Positions 35,600 to 46,233 are shown, counted from the first letter of the stretch. The stretch is 64,000 nucleotides of DNA from Trueperaceae bacterium (GCA_034521815.1 JAXHLW010000013.1:128001-192000); one strand, 5' to 3'. A program made the numbers and translations. Notes: generated from the letters alone by a model not told the origin.

Positions 35600-36748
35600 T
35601 CAGGTCGTGTACTCGGCGTTGATGCGGACGTAGCCTTCGGTCAGGTCGCAGCCCCAGGCGCGCCCGCGCGCGTCGCCCGCGGCCAAATCCACGCGGATCG
35701 TGACCTCGTCGGCGTCCAGCGCGGTGGACAGCTCGGCGGCGTCGAACGCGACCGGACCGCCGAGGTACACGGGACGCTGCTGCAGGGCGATCTCGAGCTT
35801 CGACATGTCCCACAGCACCCCCGCCTGACCGACCGCCGAGAGGATCCGTCCCCAGTTCGGATCGCGACCGTAGACGGCGGCCTTCACCAGCGAGCTGCCC
35901 GCGACCGCGCGGGCGGCGCGGCGCGCCTCGACCTCGTCGCGTCCGCCGACCACCTCGACGCGCAGCAGGGTCGACGCGCCCTCGCCGTCCGCGGCGATCT
36001 TCTCGGCCAGGCGGACCGCGACCGCCTCGAGCGCCTCGGCGAACTCGCCGGCGCCCGCTTCGATCCGCTGGCTGGAGAGGAGCATCGCCATGTCGTTCGG
36101 CGAGGTGTCGCCGTCGACGGTGACCTGGTTGAACGTCCGATCGACCGTCTCGGGCCACAGCTCGCGAAGCACCGCCTGCGACACGTCGGCGTCGGTCACG
36201 ACGAACGCCAGCATCGTGCCCATGTTCGGGTGGATCATCCCCGAGCCCTTCGCGATGCCCACGATGCGGGCACCCCCGCGAAGCGTCGCGGCGACGGTCT
36301 TGACGTGCAGGTCGGTCGTGAGGATCGCCTCGGCGAGCCCGCTGGCGTCCTCGCCCAGGCCGGCGGGCAGGCTCGCCAAGCCGGCACGGACGCGGTCCAT
36401 CGGCATCGGCACGCCGATCACGCCGGTGCTGGCGGTCAAGACCTGTTGCGAGCGCGTGCCGCCGAGCAGGGCGGCCACGCGCGACGCCATCTCCTCGTTG
36501 TCGAATCCGGCCTGCTCGCCCGACGCGCAGTTGGCGTTGCCCGCGTTCATCACGATCGCGCGCACGGTCTCGCCGGTGCCGTAGCGGACGGCGTTGCGCG
36601 ACACGCACGGGGCGGTGAGGCGGTTCCGGGTGCCGGTGTACGCCCACGCGACGGGCGCGTCGGCGACGAGCAGGGCCAGGTCGGGCTTGCCCGAGGGCTT
36701 GATTCCGGCAGCGACCGCCGAAGCGGCGAATCCTTGGGGAAGTCTCAT
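35600..36748 (-). CDS. argJ: Ornithine acetyltransferase/N-acetylglutamate synthase
   Basis: STGVIG, KGSGMIHPNMGTML autoproteolysis site, DGDTSPND, DGEGA, DPNWGRI, INAEYTT. Confidence 0.96.
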   Translation of the reverse strand: MRLPQGFAASAVAAGIKPSGKPDLALLVADAPVAWAYTGTRNRLTAPCVSRNAVRYGTGETVRAIVMNAGNANCASGEQAGFDNEEMASRVAALLGGTRSQQVLTASTGVIGVPMPMDRVRAGLASLPAGLGEDASGLAEAILTTDLHVKTVAATLRGGARIVGIAKGSGMIHPNMGTMLAFVVTDADVSQAVLRELWPETVDRTFNQVTVDGDTSPNDMAMLLSSQRIEAGAGEFAEALEAVAVRLAEKIAADGEGASTLLRVEVVGGRDEVEARRAARAVAGSSLVKAAVYGRDPNWGRILSAVGQAGVLWDMSKLEIALQQRPVYLGGPVAFDAAELSTALDADEVTIRVDLAAGDARGRAWGCDLTEGYVRINAEYTT

Positions 36749-37806
36749 GGCCAGCGGCCCTCCAGTTCGAGCGAGGTCGTCTCGGGGAACCCGAACGCCA
36801 GGTTGAATCCTTGGACCGCCTGACCGGCGGCTCCCTTGCCGAGGTTGTCGATCACCACGAACGCCGTGGCGAGCCCGGTCCGGCGATCGAAGCGGACGGT
36901 CGCCAGGGCGCGGTCGGAGCCGGTGACCGCCTTGACGTCGGGCAGCTCGTCTTGGACGTGCACCATTCTGTCGTGCTCGAACGCGTCGCGCATGACGCCG
37001 AGGAGCGACGCCTGGTCCTGCCCGTCGCGGGGACGGAAGGTGCAGCTCGCCAGGATGCCGCGCACCAGCGGGACGAGATGCGGCGAGAAGCTGACCGGCA
37101 GCGGCCGGTACGGTGCGTGCGTGCTGAGCGACCGTCCCTGCGCGGCCGCCCGTCCGAGGGTGGCTTCGATCTCCGCGAGGTGACGGTGCCCGCCCGCGAC
37201 CTTGTACGGTCGCGCGTTCTCGGCGAACTCGGGGAAGTGCAGCGCGGGGGAGGTGGCGCGCCCTGCTCCACTGGTGCCTGCCAGCACGGTGCAGACCGGC
37301 ACGGTGTCGGCGCTCATCAGCCCGGCCGCGGCGTAGGGAAGCAGTGCGAGCGACGCCGCGGTGGCGTTGCAGCCGGGGGCGGCCACGAGCAGGGCGCCGG
37401 GCAGCTCGTCCCGATGCGCCTCGACCAGGCCGTAGCGGGCGTCGGCGAGGTCGCCTGGGTGCGGATGCTCGCCGTACCAGGTCCGGTAGGTGTCCGCGTC
37501 CAAGCGCGAGTCCGCCGACAGGTCGATCACCCGTGCACCGGCCGCGCGGGCCGTATGGACCCAGGGCGCGGTCGCACCGTGCGGCGTGGCGAGGAACACC
37601 ACGTCGGCGCCGTCCAGCGCCTCGTCGGGCGTGACGAACGTGCCGTCGTACACGCCGGCGAGGTGCGGCCAGGCGTCGGCGACCGGGTGACCCGCGTACG
37701 AGCGCGAGCCCAGGCGCAGCCGGCCCACCTCCGGGTGGCGGCTCAGGCGTCTGATCAGGCCCGCCCCGCCGTAGCCGTTCGCTCCAAGGACGGCGACGAC
37801 GCTCAT
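36745..37806 (-). CDS. argC: N-acetyl-gamma-glutamyl-phosphate reductase
   Basis: GANGYGG, PHG, DLSAD, PGC, SGAGR, HRH, DNLGKGAAGQAVQ; ATGA coupling on both sides. Confidence 0.92.
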   Translation of the reverse strand: MSVVAVLGANGYGGAGLIRRLSRHPEVGRLRLGSRSYAGHPVADAWPHLAGVYDGTFVTPDEALDGADVVFLATPHGATAPWVHTARAAGARVIDLSADSRLDADTYRTWYGEHPHPGDLADARYGLVEAHRDELPGALLVAAPGCNATAASLALLPYAAAGLMSADTVPVCTVLAGTSGAGRATSPALHFPEFAENARPYKVAGGHRHLAEIEATLGRAAAQGRSLSTHAPYRPLPVSFSPHLVPLVRGILASCTFRPRDGQDQASLLGVMRDAFEHDRMVHVQDELPDVKAVTGSDRALATVRFDRRTGLATAFVVIDNLGKGAAGQAVQGFNLAFGFPETTSLELEGRWP

Positions 37807-38795
37807 GCGCCCGATCCGAGCAGCTGGAAGAGGATCGCCTTGTGCGCGTGGAGACGGTTCTCCGCCTGGTCGAACACCACGCTGCGGGGGTGATGCACCG
37901 CCTCCTCGACGACCTCCTCGCCGTAGTGGGCGGGAAGGTCGTGCATGAACACCCCGCGGGGCGCGAGGAGCTCGAACCATTCCGGTGTCACGGTGTAGCC
38001 GGCGAACGCCTCGCGACGCAGGTCCGCGTCCTCCTCGTCGCCCATCGAGATCCAGACGTCCGTGTACAGCGCGTCCGCGCCCCTGGCCGCTTCGCGCGGA
38101 TCACGGACGATGCTCACGTCGGCGCCTCGCGCCTTGGCGGACGCCAGCACGTCGGGATCGGGCTCGTACCCCTCGGGGCAGGCGATCACCAGCGACACGC
38201 CGGACGCGGCCGCTGCGTTCAGGTGGCTGTTGCACACGTTGTTGCCGTCACCGACGAAGGCGACGCGCAGGCCCTCCAGGGTGCCGAACGTCTCGAGCAG
38301 GGTGATGTAGTCCGCCGTCAGCTGGCAGGGGTGAAGCAGGTCCGAGAGGCCGTTGATGACCGGGACGTCGGCGTGCTCGGCCAGGTCCAGCAGCGTGGCG
38401 TGCCCGTACGTGCGGGCCATGATGCCGTCGACCCAGCGCTCGAGGTTCTTGGCGACGTCGCGGATCGACTCGCGCACGCCGACGCCGATGAAGTTCTGGC
38501 TGAGCAGGACCGAGTGCCCGCCGAGCTGGAACATCGCGATGTCGAAGGTGGAGCGGGTGCGGAGCGACTGCTTCTCGAAGATCATCGCCAGCGTGACGTG
38601 CTCCAGCGCTCGCGGACGGTGTCCATCGCGCCAGCCGCGCTTGAGCTCGATTCCGCTGTCCAACAGACCGCGGAACGATGCGGCGTCCCACTGGGCCAGC
38701 GAAAGGAAGTCCTTCCCCCGCATGGCGTCGATCCGCATGGCGTCGATCCGCGTGGCATCGATCGGCATGGCGCCCGTTCGCGCTGCGTCGTTCAT
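37803..38795 (-). CDS. argF: Ornithine carbamoyltransferase
   Basis: FEKQSLRTR, HPCQ, GDGNNV, DVWISMG, HDLP, QAENR; in operon with argC-argJ. Confidence 0.9.
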   Translation of the reverse strand: MNDAARTGAMPIDATRIDAMRIDAMRGKDFLSLAQWDAASFRGLLDSGIELKRGWRDGHRPRALEHVTLAMIFEKQSLRTRSTFDIAMFQLGGHSVLLSQNFIGVGVRESIRDVAKNLERWVDGIMARTYGHATLLDLAEHADVPVINGLSDLLHPCQLTADYITLLETFGTLEGLRVAFVGDGNNVCNSHLNAAAASGVSLVIACPEGYEPDPDVLASAKARGADVSIVRDPREAARGADALYTDVWISMGDEEDADLRREAFAGYTVTPEWFELLAPRGVFMHDLPAHYGEEVVEEAVHHPRSVVFDQAENRLHAHKAILFQLLGSGA

Positions 38796-38984
38796 GGCCG
38801 TGACCTCCTCGCGTGCGCGCTCGCACCACGGCCGGCCGAGCAGGGTCGAGAGCGGGGTCGAGCGGGGTCGAGCGGGGCCGGCGGGCGCGAGCGCGTCACG
38901 ATCGGCGGAGAGCGTACCACGCGCGTCGCGGCCGGCCCGGTACCCGCCAGCGCGGCTGTGCGATGGGCGAGCGGCGCCCCCAGC

Positions 38985-40160
38985 TCAGCTCACGCCCAGA
39001 GCACCCAGGTAGGCGGCCAGGACGGCGTCACCGAAGAACAGCGCGAGCGCGCCGCCCAGCGCCAGGAACGGACCGAACGGAACGACGCGGCCGCCCCCGG
39101 CGATCCGTTGCGCCACGCCCACGACCGCGCCGATCAGCACCGCTGCGAACACGCCGACCAGAAGGCGCTCCCAGCCGAGCACCACGCCGAGAAGCGCGGC
39201 GAGCTTCACGTCGCCGAAGCCCATCGCCACCGGCTCGTCGTCGCCCTGCGGCTCGGTCGGGCGACCCTCGGGCGCAGCGTCGGACTCGGCCGCCGACCGG
39301 CCCGTCGTCAGATCGTACGTCCACCAGACGACGGCGCCCGCCAGCGCGGCCGCTCCGGCCGCCGCGAGGCTGCCGCCCAACGACCGGACGACGCCGACGC
39401 CCAGCGGCGAGGCCGCGACGGCCACCGCCCAGCCTGCCCACGCGAGCGGCTCAGGGAGCCGAACCGTGCGGCGGGCGAAGAGGTTCAACAGCACGGACGC
39501 TGCGGCCGCCGACAGCCCCGCGACCAGTCCACCCGCCGCGCCGACCAGCGCCGCCAGGTTCGCCTGATCGAAGCCGATCGGCCAGAGGCGCTCGCTCGTG
39601 TCCCGGAAGCGCCGGAGCACCAGCGCCCCGATCCGATTCACCAGCGTCAGCACGCCGGCGCCCAGCGCCGCGCCGAAGGCGGCTCCCGCGAAGCCAGGGA
39701 GATCCGGCGCGCCCTGCCAGGCGAACGCGGCGACGAGCCCCACGGCCAGGCCGGGCAGGGTGAGCACGTCGGGAATCTCGAACCGGTCGAGGTCGATGAA
39801 CGTCGCGATCACCAGCAGCGTCCACCAGGCGGCAAGGAACGCGAACGCGACCGGATGATCCAAAGGCGACCAGCGCCACGCCATCAGGCCGAAGCCCACG
39901 GCGACCAGGGTCTCCACCAGGGGGTAGCGGGCCGCGATGGCGGTACCGCAGCCACGGCAACGTCCGCGCTGGACGAGCCACGACACGACCGGGACGAGCT
40001 CCAGCGGACCGAGCCGGCGCCCGCAGCGCGGGCACGACGAGCCGGGGTGGACGATCGACGTCCCGGCGGGAAGCCGGTGGATCACGACGTTCGAGAAGCT
40101 GCCGATCAGCGCGCCGAACAGGACGGCGATCAGGACGACGGTCAGGGTCAAGGCGCCCAC
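38985..40160 (-). CDS. pilD: Prepilin peptidase/N-methyltransferase (start uncertain, up to 40238)
   Basis: GSFSNVVIHRLP, CPRC/CRGC zinc motifs, FIDLD, MGFGDVKL, PFGPFL. Confidence 0.9.
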   Translation of the reverse strand: MGALTLTVVLIAVLFGALIGSFSNVVIHRLPAGTSIVHPGSSCPRCGRRLGPLELVPVVSWLVQRGRCRGCGTAIAARYPLVETLVAVGFGLMAWRWSPLDHPVAFAFLAAWWTLLVIATFIDLDRFEIPDVLTLPGLAVGLVAAFAWQGAPDLPGFAGAAFGAALGAGVLTLVNRIGALVLRRFRDTSERLWPIGFDQANLAALVGAAGGLVAGLSAAAASVLLNLFARRTVRLPEPLAWAGWAVAVAASPLGVGVVRSLGGSLAAAGAAALAGAVVWWTYDLTTGRSAAESDAAPEGRPTEPQGDDEPVAMGFGDVKLAALLGVVLGWERLLVGVFAAVLIGAVVGVAQRIAGGGRVVPFGPFLALGGALALFFGDAVLAAYLGALGVS

Positions 40161-40258
40161 CCCAGCGATGCACGAGGGGCGGGGGCGAGGAGGGCGAGGG
40201 GCATGGGGCTCCTTCCGCCTGGCGTTCTCATCGAACACGGTGGTACGGTTCTTTCGCT

Positions 40259-40768
40259 ATGAGAACCCACACGACACGTGCATTCGCCCTGATCCTGATC
40301 GCCCTGTCGGCCCTGGCGACGGCGCAGGAGGCCGATCCCGCCGCCCCCTTCCGCATCGCCTTCGTCGACACGCAGGCGCTCATCGCCGCCCACCCTGCGC
40401 AGGCAGAGATCGCTCGCATGGGCGAGGCGCTCGACGCCGAGCTCCAGGAGCTGCTGGGTCAACGCGAGGCGCTCCTGCAGAAGCAGCAGGCCCAAGCGCT
40501 CACGCCCGAGGAGCAGGAGCTGCTGCAAGCCCTGCAGGTCACGATCCAGACGCGACGCGACAGCGGACTGCGGGACATCCGCGAGGCTGCCGGCCCGGCC
40601 GAGACCGCGGCGAACGAGATCATCCGCGAGATCGCCCGTGGCGACGGGTACGCCCTGGTGTTGGACATCGAGGCCGCATCCGGCCTGGTCGTGTTCGCCG
40701 CAGAAGACGTGCCCGACATCACCAGCGCGGCGGTCGCCCTGATGGAGGAGCGCTTCCCGGCCGAGTGA
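40259..40768 (+). CDS. skp: OmpH/Skp periplasmic chaperone
   Basis: Signal peptide, IAFVD, coiled-coil body, GYALVLD, DIT. Confidence 0.82.
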   Translation: MRTHTTRAFALILIALSALATAQEADPAAPFRIAFVDTQALIAAHPAQAEIARMGEALDAELQELLGQREALLQKQQAQALTPEEQELLQALQVTIQTRRDSGLRDIREAAGPAETAANEIIREIARGDGYALVLDIEAASGLVVFAAEDVPDITSAAVALMEERFPAE

Positions 40769-40790
40769 GCGTACGGCCCGCCGAGCGGAG

Positions 40791-40835
40791 CGTGATGGCG
40801 GCCGTCGTGATGGCGACCGTCGTGATGGCGACCGT
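40791..40835. repeat. 15-nt tandem repeat x3 (CGTGATGGCGRCCGT), intergenic between convergent genes
   Basis: Read directly. Confidence 0.85.
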
Positions 40836-41582
40836 CTAGCCGTCATCCGTGTCGGCGTCTCGTTCCAACGACGCCAGGAACGCCCGGTCGTCCTCGCTCA
40901 GCGGGGCGTGCTCCAGCAGGTCGGGGCGGCGCGACCAGGTGCGCAGAAGCGCCTGCCGGCGCCGCCAAGCGGCCACCCGCTGGTGATGGCCGGAGGTGAG
41001 CACCTCGGGCACCCCCTCGCCGTCGAACGTCGGCGGACGCGTGTACTCGGGGTAGTCCAGCAGACCGGTGGTGAACGAGTCGTGCTTGTGGCTGTCGGCG
41101 TCACCGAGCACGCCGGGGAGGAGCCGGGCGACGGCTTCGATCAGGCACAGCGCCGGCAGCTCGCCACCCATCAGCACGAAGTCGCCGATCGACACCTCGC
41201 GGTCGACGCGGGACTCGGTGCGCGCGTCGAACCCTTCGTAGCGTCCCGACAGCAGACAGAGGTGACGCTTGCCCGCGAGCTCCTCGACCAGCGCCTGGTC
41301 GAGGGGCCGGCCGGCCGGCGACAGAAGGATCGTCTCGTCGGGGGGAGGATCGTCGCCGGCCGTTTCGGCCAGGGCGGCGGCGGCCACGTCCACGCGGATC
41401 ACCATCCCTGCGCCCCCGCCGTACGGGGCGTCGTCCACACGGCCGGTGCGGTTGCCCGCGAAGCGGCGCAGGTCGCGCGTGCGCAGGTCCAGCAGGCCGC
41501 GACGCAAGGCGCGGCCCAGCAGCGCCTCCTGCCGGTACGCGTCGATGAGGTCGGGGAAGAGGGTGTGGACGGTAACGATCAC
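40836..41582 (-). CDS. trmD: tRNA (guanine37-N1)-methyltransferase
   Basis: [38 protein letters not shown]. Confidence 0.96.
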   Translation of the reverse strand: MIVTVHTLFPDLIDAYRQEALLGRALRRGLLDLRTRDLRRFAGNRTGRVDDAPYGGGAGMVIRVDVAAAALAETAGDDPPPDETILLSPAGRPLDQALVEELAGKRHLCLLSGRYEGFDARTESRVDREVSIGDFVLMGGELPALCLIEAVARLLPGVLGDADSHKHDSFTTGLLDYPEYTRPPTFDGEGVPEVLTSGHHQRVAAWRRRQALLRTWSRRPDLLEHAPLSEDDRAFLASLERDADTDDG

Positions 41583-41589
41583 GGGGCGA

Positions 41590-42132
41590 TCACGGCGCGT
41601 CCGACGGTGCGTCCAGGAGCCCCGGCGGGGGGTCGACGACGTCGACGCCGTCCGGTCCGGTCCGTACGTAGGGAGCCGCGGCGGGTAGGAACGTCTCGCC
41701 CGCCGGTCCGCGCATGCGTAGCAGCGGCTGCAGCGCCGCTCCTTCGACCCCGACGATCTCGCCGATCGTCCGACCGTTCACGCGGACCGGCCGCCCGATC
41801 AGGGCGGCCAGCTCGATGTCGCTCGTGTCGCTCGGGGTGGGCGTGACGGGCTGGGCCCAGACGGTGGCGTGGACCAGCTGCTTCGCGGTCTCGACGCGGC
41901 GTACGCGGTCGACGCGCAGCAGGTAGTCGCGGCCGTGCGGGCCGAAGCTCGCGACGCTCGCCTCGCCCAAGCCGTCGATCCAGATCGGCGACGCCGACCG
42001 AAGCGCCTCCTGAAGCGCCTCGACGCCTCCGTCGCCTTCCGGATGCAGCCGCATCGCGCCCTCGAGGCCGTGACTGCGGCCGATCCGGGCGACCGGTCGG
42101 TGACCGGAGGGCGGCCGGGACGGGTCGGTCAT
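41590..42132 (-). CDS. rimM: Ribosome maturation factor RimM
   Basis: [12 protein letters not shown]-barrel ending PPPGLLD; position between khpA and trmD. Confidence 0.88.
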   Translation of the reverse strand: MTDPSRPPSGHRPVARIGRSHGLEGAMRLHPEGDGGVEALQEALRSASPIWIDGLGEASVASFGPHGRDYLLRVDRVRRVETAKQLVHATVWAQPVTPTPSDTSDIELAALIGRPVRVNGRTIGEIVGVEGAALQPLLRMRGPAGETFLPAAAPYVRTGPDGVDVVDPPPGLLDAPSDAP

Positions 42133-42136
42133 GGGG

Positions 42137-42367
42137 TCAGTCGATCAGGTGGACGTCGACCCGCTGGCGGCCGTCGGCCGCCGCGCGGGCGAGGGTGCGG
42201 ATGGCGTTGATGATCCGGCCGTTGCGACCGATGATGCGCCCCGCGTCCCCTTGGGCGCAACGGATCTCGATCCGCACGCCCTTGCCGCTGCGCTCGGCAC
42301 CGATCGCCAAGGCGCCCGGATCCTCGACGAGGTTCTGGACGACGAACGTGACGAGCTCGAGCGGCAT
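42137..42367 (-). CDS. khpA: KH-domain RNA-binding protein (KhpA/YlqC)
   Basis: DAGRIIGRNGRIINAIR; rpsP operon context. Confidence 0.9.
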   Translation of the reverse strand: MPLELVTFVVQNLVEDPGALAIGAERSGKGVRIEIRCAQGDAGRIIGRNGRIINAIRTLARAAADGRQRVDVHLID

Positions 42368-42377
42368 GTTCCCTCGT

Positions 42378-42680
42378 TCAGGCGCCGGTGCCGGCGCGCT
42401 TGAGGTAGGCGTCGGTGCGCTTGGCGCGCACGGTGGGAACGTCCATGCCCTGCTTCTCGAACAGGCGGACGACGGTCTCGGTCGGCTGGGCGCCGACGTC
42501 GAGCCAGTGCGCGGCGCGCTCGGCGTTCACGCGGAGCGGCTCGTCGGTGGTCTCGCGGGGATCGTAGTAGCCGAGCTGCTCGATGTACTCGGCGCTCCGC
42601 TTCTTGCGCGAGTCGACGACGACGATGCGGTAGTGCGGGTTGCGCTTGGAGCCCATGCGCATCAGGCGGATCTTGACCAT
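42378..42680 (-). CDS. rpsP: 30S ribosomal protein S16
   Basis: [34 protein letters not shown]. Confidence 0.97.
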   Translation of the reverse strand: MVKIRLMRMGSKRNPHYRIVVVDSRKKRSAEYIEQLGYYDPRETTDEPLRVNAERAAHWLDVGAQPTETVVRLFEKQGMDVPTVRAKRTDAYLKRAGTGA

Positions 42681-42866
42681 GCTGACTTCTCCTCGGTCTC
42701 CGGCCGGGCTTCGCTCCGGGCGGGTCGCCTTCGTTGTCGAAGGCGGTGCGGGTCGACGGCACTTCTGGACGACGACGCTTCGGGTCCACGGCTCCGGGCG
42801 ATCGACCCGGTCGGCAACTCTTGACTCTACACGGGGGCGGCTACGCGGTGCAAACGCGGCGGCGTC

Positions 42867-44180
42867 TCACAGGCCGGGGCGTCGTCCGCCCTTCGGGGGT
42901 CGACGACCCATCCGCTTCATCATCTTGCGCATCTGCTCGTAGTTCTTCATCAAGCGATTCACGTCCTGCACGGTGGTGCCCGAGCCACGAGCGATGCGCC
43001 TGCGGCGGCTGGCGTCGAGCAGCTTGGGACGGGTCCGCTCGCGCTCGGTCATGCTCGAGATGATCGCCTCGACGCGGCCGATCTCGCCCTCGTCCACCTG
43101 CGTGCCGTCGGGAATCAGCTTGTTCGCGCCGGGGATCATGCCGAGGATGTCGGTGAACGAGCCCATCTGCTTGAGCTTGCGCATCTGCACCAGCATGTCC
43201 TGCAGCGTGAAGTCGCCGAGGTTCTTGAGGTCGCGCTCGTCCTCGTCGTCGCCTTCGAGCGCTTTCGCCTTCTCGATCAGCGTGAGCATGTCGCCCATGC
43301 CCAGGATCCGGCCGGCGATGCGGTCGGGACGGAACGGCTCGAGCCCGTCGAGACGCTCGCTGATCCCCGCGAAGTAGATCGGCTTGCCGGTGACGTGCTT
43401 GGCCGACAGCGCAGCGCCGCCGCGTGCGTCGCCGTCCATCTTGCTCATGACCAGGCCGGTCACGCCGATTCGCTGGTCGAACGAGGTGGCGACCGGGAGC
43501 GACTGCTGACCGGTCATGGCGTCGACCACCAGCATGCGCTCGGTGGGCGCCATCACGGTGGACAGCTCGGCGAGCTGGTCCATCAGCGCCTCGTCGATCT
43601 GCAGGCGGCCGGCGGTATCGATGATCACCAGATCGCGGAAGTCGGCCCGGAGCATGGCGTCGAGGCGTCGCTTCGTCGTCGCGGGCGCCTCCCCGTCCTC
43701 GACCTTGAGGATCGGAACGCCGACCTGGCCGGCGAGCACCTCGAGCTGATCGCGCGCCGCGGGACGCTGCGTGTCCGCCGCGACCAGCAGCGGGCGGCGC
43801 CCCTTGGCCTTGTACTGGTACGCCAGCTTGCCCGCCGTGGTGGTCTTGCCGGCGCCCTGGAGGCCCATCAGCAGCCACACGTTGCCGTCGCTGCGCAGCT
43901 CGGGCTGGCGCGCCTCGCCCCCGAGGATCTCCCTCAGCTCGTCGTGGACGATGGCCACGACGCGCTGGTCCGGGTTGAGGCTCATCAGGGTGTCCGACCC
44001 GATCGCCTTCTCCTGGACGCGCTTGGTGAAGTCGCGAGCCACCTCGAGGTTCACGTCGGCCTCGAGCAGGGCGACGCGCACCTCGCGCAGCGCGGCCTTG
44101 ACCTCGGCCTCGGACAGCTTGCCGCGGCCGCGGAGCGATTCGAACACGGACTGGAGACGATCGCCTAGGTTCTGGAACAT
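42867..44180 (-). CDS. ffh: Signal recognition particle protein
   Basis: [31 protein letters not shown] domain [11 protein letters not shown]. Confidence 0.97.
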   Translation of the reverse strand: MFQNLGDRLQSVFESLRGRGKLSEAEVKAALREVRVALLEADVNLEVARDFTKRVQEKAIGSDTLMSLNPDQRVVAIVHDELREILGGEARQPELRSDGNVWLLMGLQGAGKTTTAGKLAYQYKAKGRRPLLVAADTQRPAARDQLEVLAGQVGVPILKVEDGEAPATTKRRLDAMLRADFRDLVIIDTAGRLQIDEALMDQLAELSTVMAPTERMLVVDAMTGQQSLPVATSFDQRIGVTGLVMSKMDGDARGGAALSAKHVTGKPIYFAGISERLDGLEPFRPDRIAGRILGMGDMLTLIEKAKALEGDDEDERDLKNLGDFTLQDMLVQMRKLKQMGSFTDILGMIPGANKLIPDGTQVDEGEIGRVEAIISSMTERERTRPKLLDASRRRRIARGSGTTVQDVNRLMKNYEQMRKMMKRMGRRPPKGGRRPGL

Positions 44181-44196
44181 GGGTCCTCTGGGCCCG

Positions 44197-44234
44197 AGGG
44201 CCGAACGACAGGGTAAGGGCCGAACGACAGGGTA
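44197..44234. repeat. Exact 19-nt tandem duplication in the ffh promoter region
   Basis: AGGGCCGAACGACAGGGTA x2; each copy carries TACCCT on the minus strand. Confidence 0.85.
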
Positions 44235-44281
44235 GCGGAGGGCTCCAGGTCCGTCAAGGACGCGGTGCTAGACTGACCGCG

Positions 44282-44761
44282 ATGCCGTTCCTCCAAACCC
44301 ACTCCACACGTGCTCCGCGCCGCACCGCGCTGGTCGTCGTGCTGGCGCTGTCCGTGCTCGCGCCCGGCCAGGCCGCCGCGCAGACCTTGGCCGAGGTGAC
44401 CTTCGTGGCGGCGACGGCGACGACGCTGAACCCCGCCATCCGGCTGCCCTCCGGCAGTCTCCGAGCGGTCGGGCCGGGCGTGGACGCGCTGCTCGCGCGG
44501 CTGCCCGACGCGTCCGCGTGGACCGAGCCCGAGGCGTACGTGGCCAGGGGGATCGCGTCGCGCCTGCGTCCCGCCTTCGAGCAGCAGGTCGTCACGGGCT
44601 TCGCTGCCGCCGGCTTCTTCGAGGCGTCGCGGCGGACGGTGCCCGACGGGGCGGGGACGCGGACGCGGATCGAGTTCGAAGGCCCAGGCGGCGAGCGGGC
44701 TCTGCTGGTGCTGTTCGACGTGCCGGAGGAAGTGACCTGGCTCGTCGCCCGCTCGCGGTGA
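44282..44761 (+). CDS. Exported hypothetical protein
   Basis: Signal peptide (AAA-Q); ATG 7 nt after TAGACT. Confidence 0.7.
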   Translation: MPFLQTHSTRAPRRTALVVVLALSVLAPGQAAAQTLAEVTFVAATATTLNPAIRLPSGSLRAVGPGVDALLARLPDASAWTEPEAYVARGIASRLRPAFEQQVVTGFAAAGFFEASRRTVPDGAGTRTRIEFEGPGGERALLVLFDVPEEVTWLVARSR

Positions 44762-46233
44762 TCGGCGCCGCGCGGCGGCGGGCGTTCACCTCCTGGACAT
44801 TCGTGGTGTCTCTCATTGCCTTCGTGGCGCTCGGCTTCGGCCTGTCGTTGGTCGTCGGCGCGATGCCCGCGGCTCTCGCCCAAGAGGCGCCCATGAGCTC
44901 CCTGAACGATCGCGCGCGGGCCGCGCTCGAGACCGCCCGCATCGATCCCGGTCCGGCGACGCCGGACGCGCCGTCGTGGGCTCGGGCGATCGAGCTCGCG
45001 ACGCAGGCCGTGGCCGCCGCCGAGAGCGCGTCGGACGACACCCTGCACGAGGCGCTGCGCCTGCTGGCGTGGAGCTACCAGGGCGCCGGCTGGTGGTCGC
45101 GAGCGTTCGCGACCTGGGAACGGCTCGAGTCGGCGGGCGGGAGCGTGGACGGCGCGGACGCCGCCGCTCGGCGGGACGCCGCGCTCCAGCTGGCGTTCTC
45201 GCGCTACGAAGCGGGCGACCTGGAGGGCGCGCTGGAGCGGTTCGACGCCATGCTCCAGACCGACCCGGACGACGTCGCAGCGCTTCGCTGGATCGGACGG
45301 ATCGCGCTGGAGCAGGGCCGTCCCGATGCGGCGCGGGACGCCTGGGGACGCCTGGTCGAGCTGCGTCCCGACGATGCGGGCGCGCGCTTCCACCTGGACC
45401 TCGCGCGCGAGCGCGCTTCGTACGGCCGCGTCGCGAGCGATGCCTACCGAGCCGGCCTGAACGCGTACGAGGCGGGCGACTTGGCCGCCGCCGTGCAGGC
45501 GTTCGCTCGGGCCGAGGCCACCGCGCCGTCGTGGAGCGAGGCGGCCCGCTGGCACGCCCGAACCCTGTTCGAGGCGGACCGGGACGCGGCCGTGCCGGCC
45601 TGGGAGCGAATCGTCGCCGCGCACCCGGGCGACGAGACCGCCCGCTGGTTCCTGGAGCGGGCGCGCCTGCAACGCACCGTCGGACGCCCCGCGCTGTTGG
45701 CGGCGGACGAGGCCCGTGCGGCCAGCGAGGCGGGCGATCCCGCGGCCGCCCTCGCTGCCTGGCGGCGCGCGCTCGACGAGGCGCCGACCTGGACGGATGC
45801 TCGCCTCGGGGTGGCCCGCACGGCGACCGCCGTCGGCGAGGCCGAGACGGCCCTGCGCGCCTGGAACGCGCTGCTGGACGATGTGCCCGACGACGATCCG
45901 ATTCACGCCGAGGCTCGCCAAGGACTCGCGACGGCACGCGTGCTGGGCCGCCTGGGCCCCGAGGCCGCCCGCGACTACGGCGCCGCGCTCGCCGCGTACG
46001 AGCGCGGCGAGACCGACGAGGCCGTGCGGCTGCTCGATCGCGTCGTCGAGCTCGCTCCCGATACGGTGGAGCCGTGGACGTGGCTGGCGCGCATCGCCTT
46101 CGCCCGCGGGGAGTGGGCGACCGCCGCCCGTGCCTACGAGCATGCGTCCGAGCTGGAGCCGGCCAACGAGGACCTGGCGTTCTTCGCCGAGGAGGCCCGC
46201 CGCATGGCCGGCCCCGAGACCACCGCACCGTAG
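44758..46233 (+). CDS. Exported tetratricopeptide-repeat protein
   Basis: GTGA coupling; N-terminal hydrophobic signal; multiple TPR-like helix pairs. Confidence 0.85.
   Translation: MIGAARRRAFTSWTFVVSLIAFVALGFGLSLVVGAMPAALAQEAPMSSLNDRARAALETARIDPGPATPDAPSWARAIELATQAVAAAESASDDTLHEALRLLAWSYQGAGWWSRAFATWERLESAGGSVDGADAAARRDAALQLAFSRYEAGDLEGALERFDAMLQTDPDDVAALRWIGRIALEQGRPDAARDAWGRLVELRPDDAGARFHLDLARERASYGRVASDAYRAGLNAYEAGDLAAAVQAFARAEATAPSWSEAARWHARTLFEADRDAAVPAWERIVAAHPGDETARWFLERARLQRTVGRPALLAADEARAASEAGDPAAALAAWRRALDEAPTWTDARLGVARTATAVGEAETALRAWNALLDDVPDDDPIHAEARQGLATARVLGRLGPEAARDYGAALAAYERGETDEAVRLLDRVVELAPDTVEPWTWLARIAFARGEWATAARAYEHASELEPANEDLAFFAEEARRMAGPETTAP

Noticed and set aside
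36745-37806. LysW-pathway LysY rather than ArgC (because of the GCNATA motif)
   Set aside because: SGAGR, PHLVP.VRGI and KGAAGQAVQ are ArgC-type, and the gene is coupled to argJ and argF with no lysW/lysX nearby.
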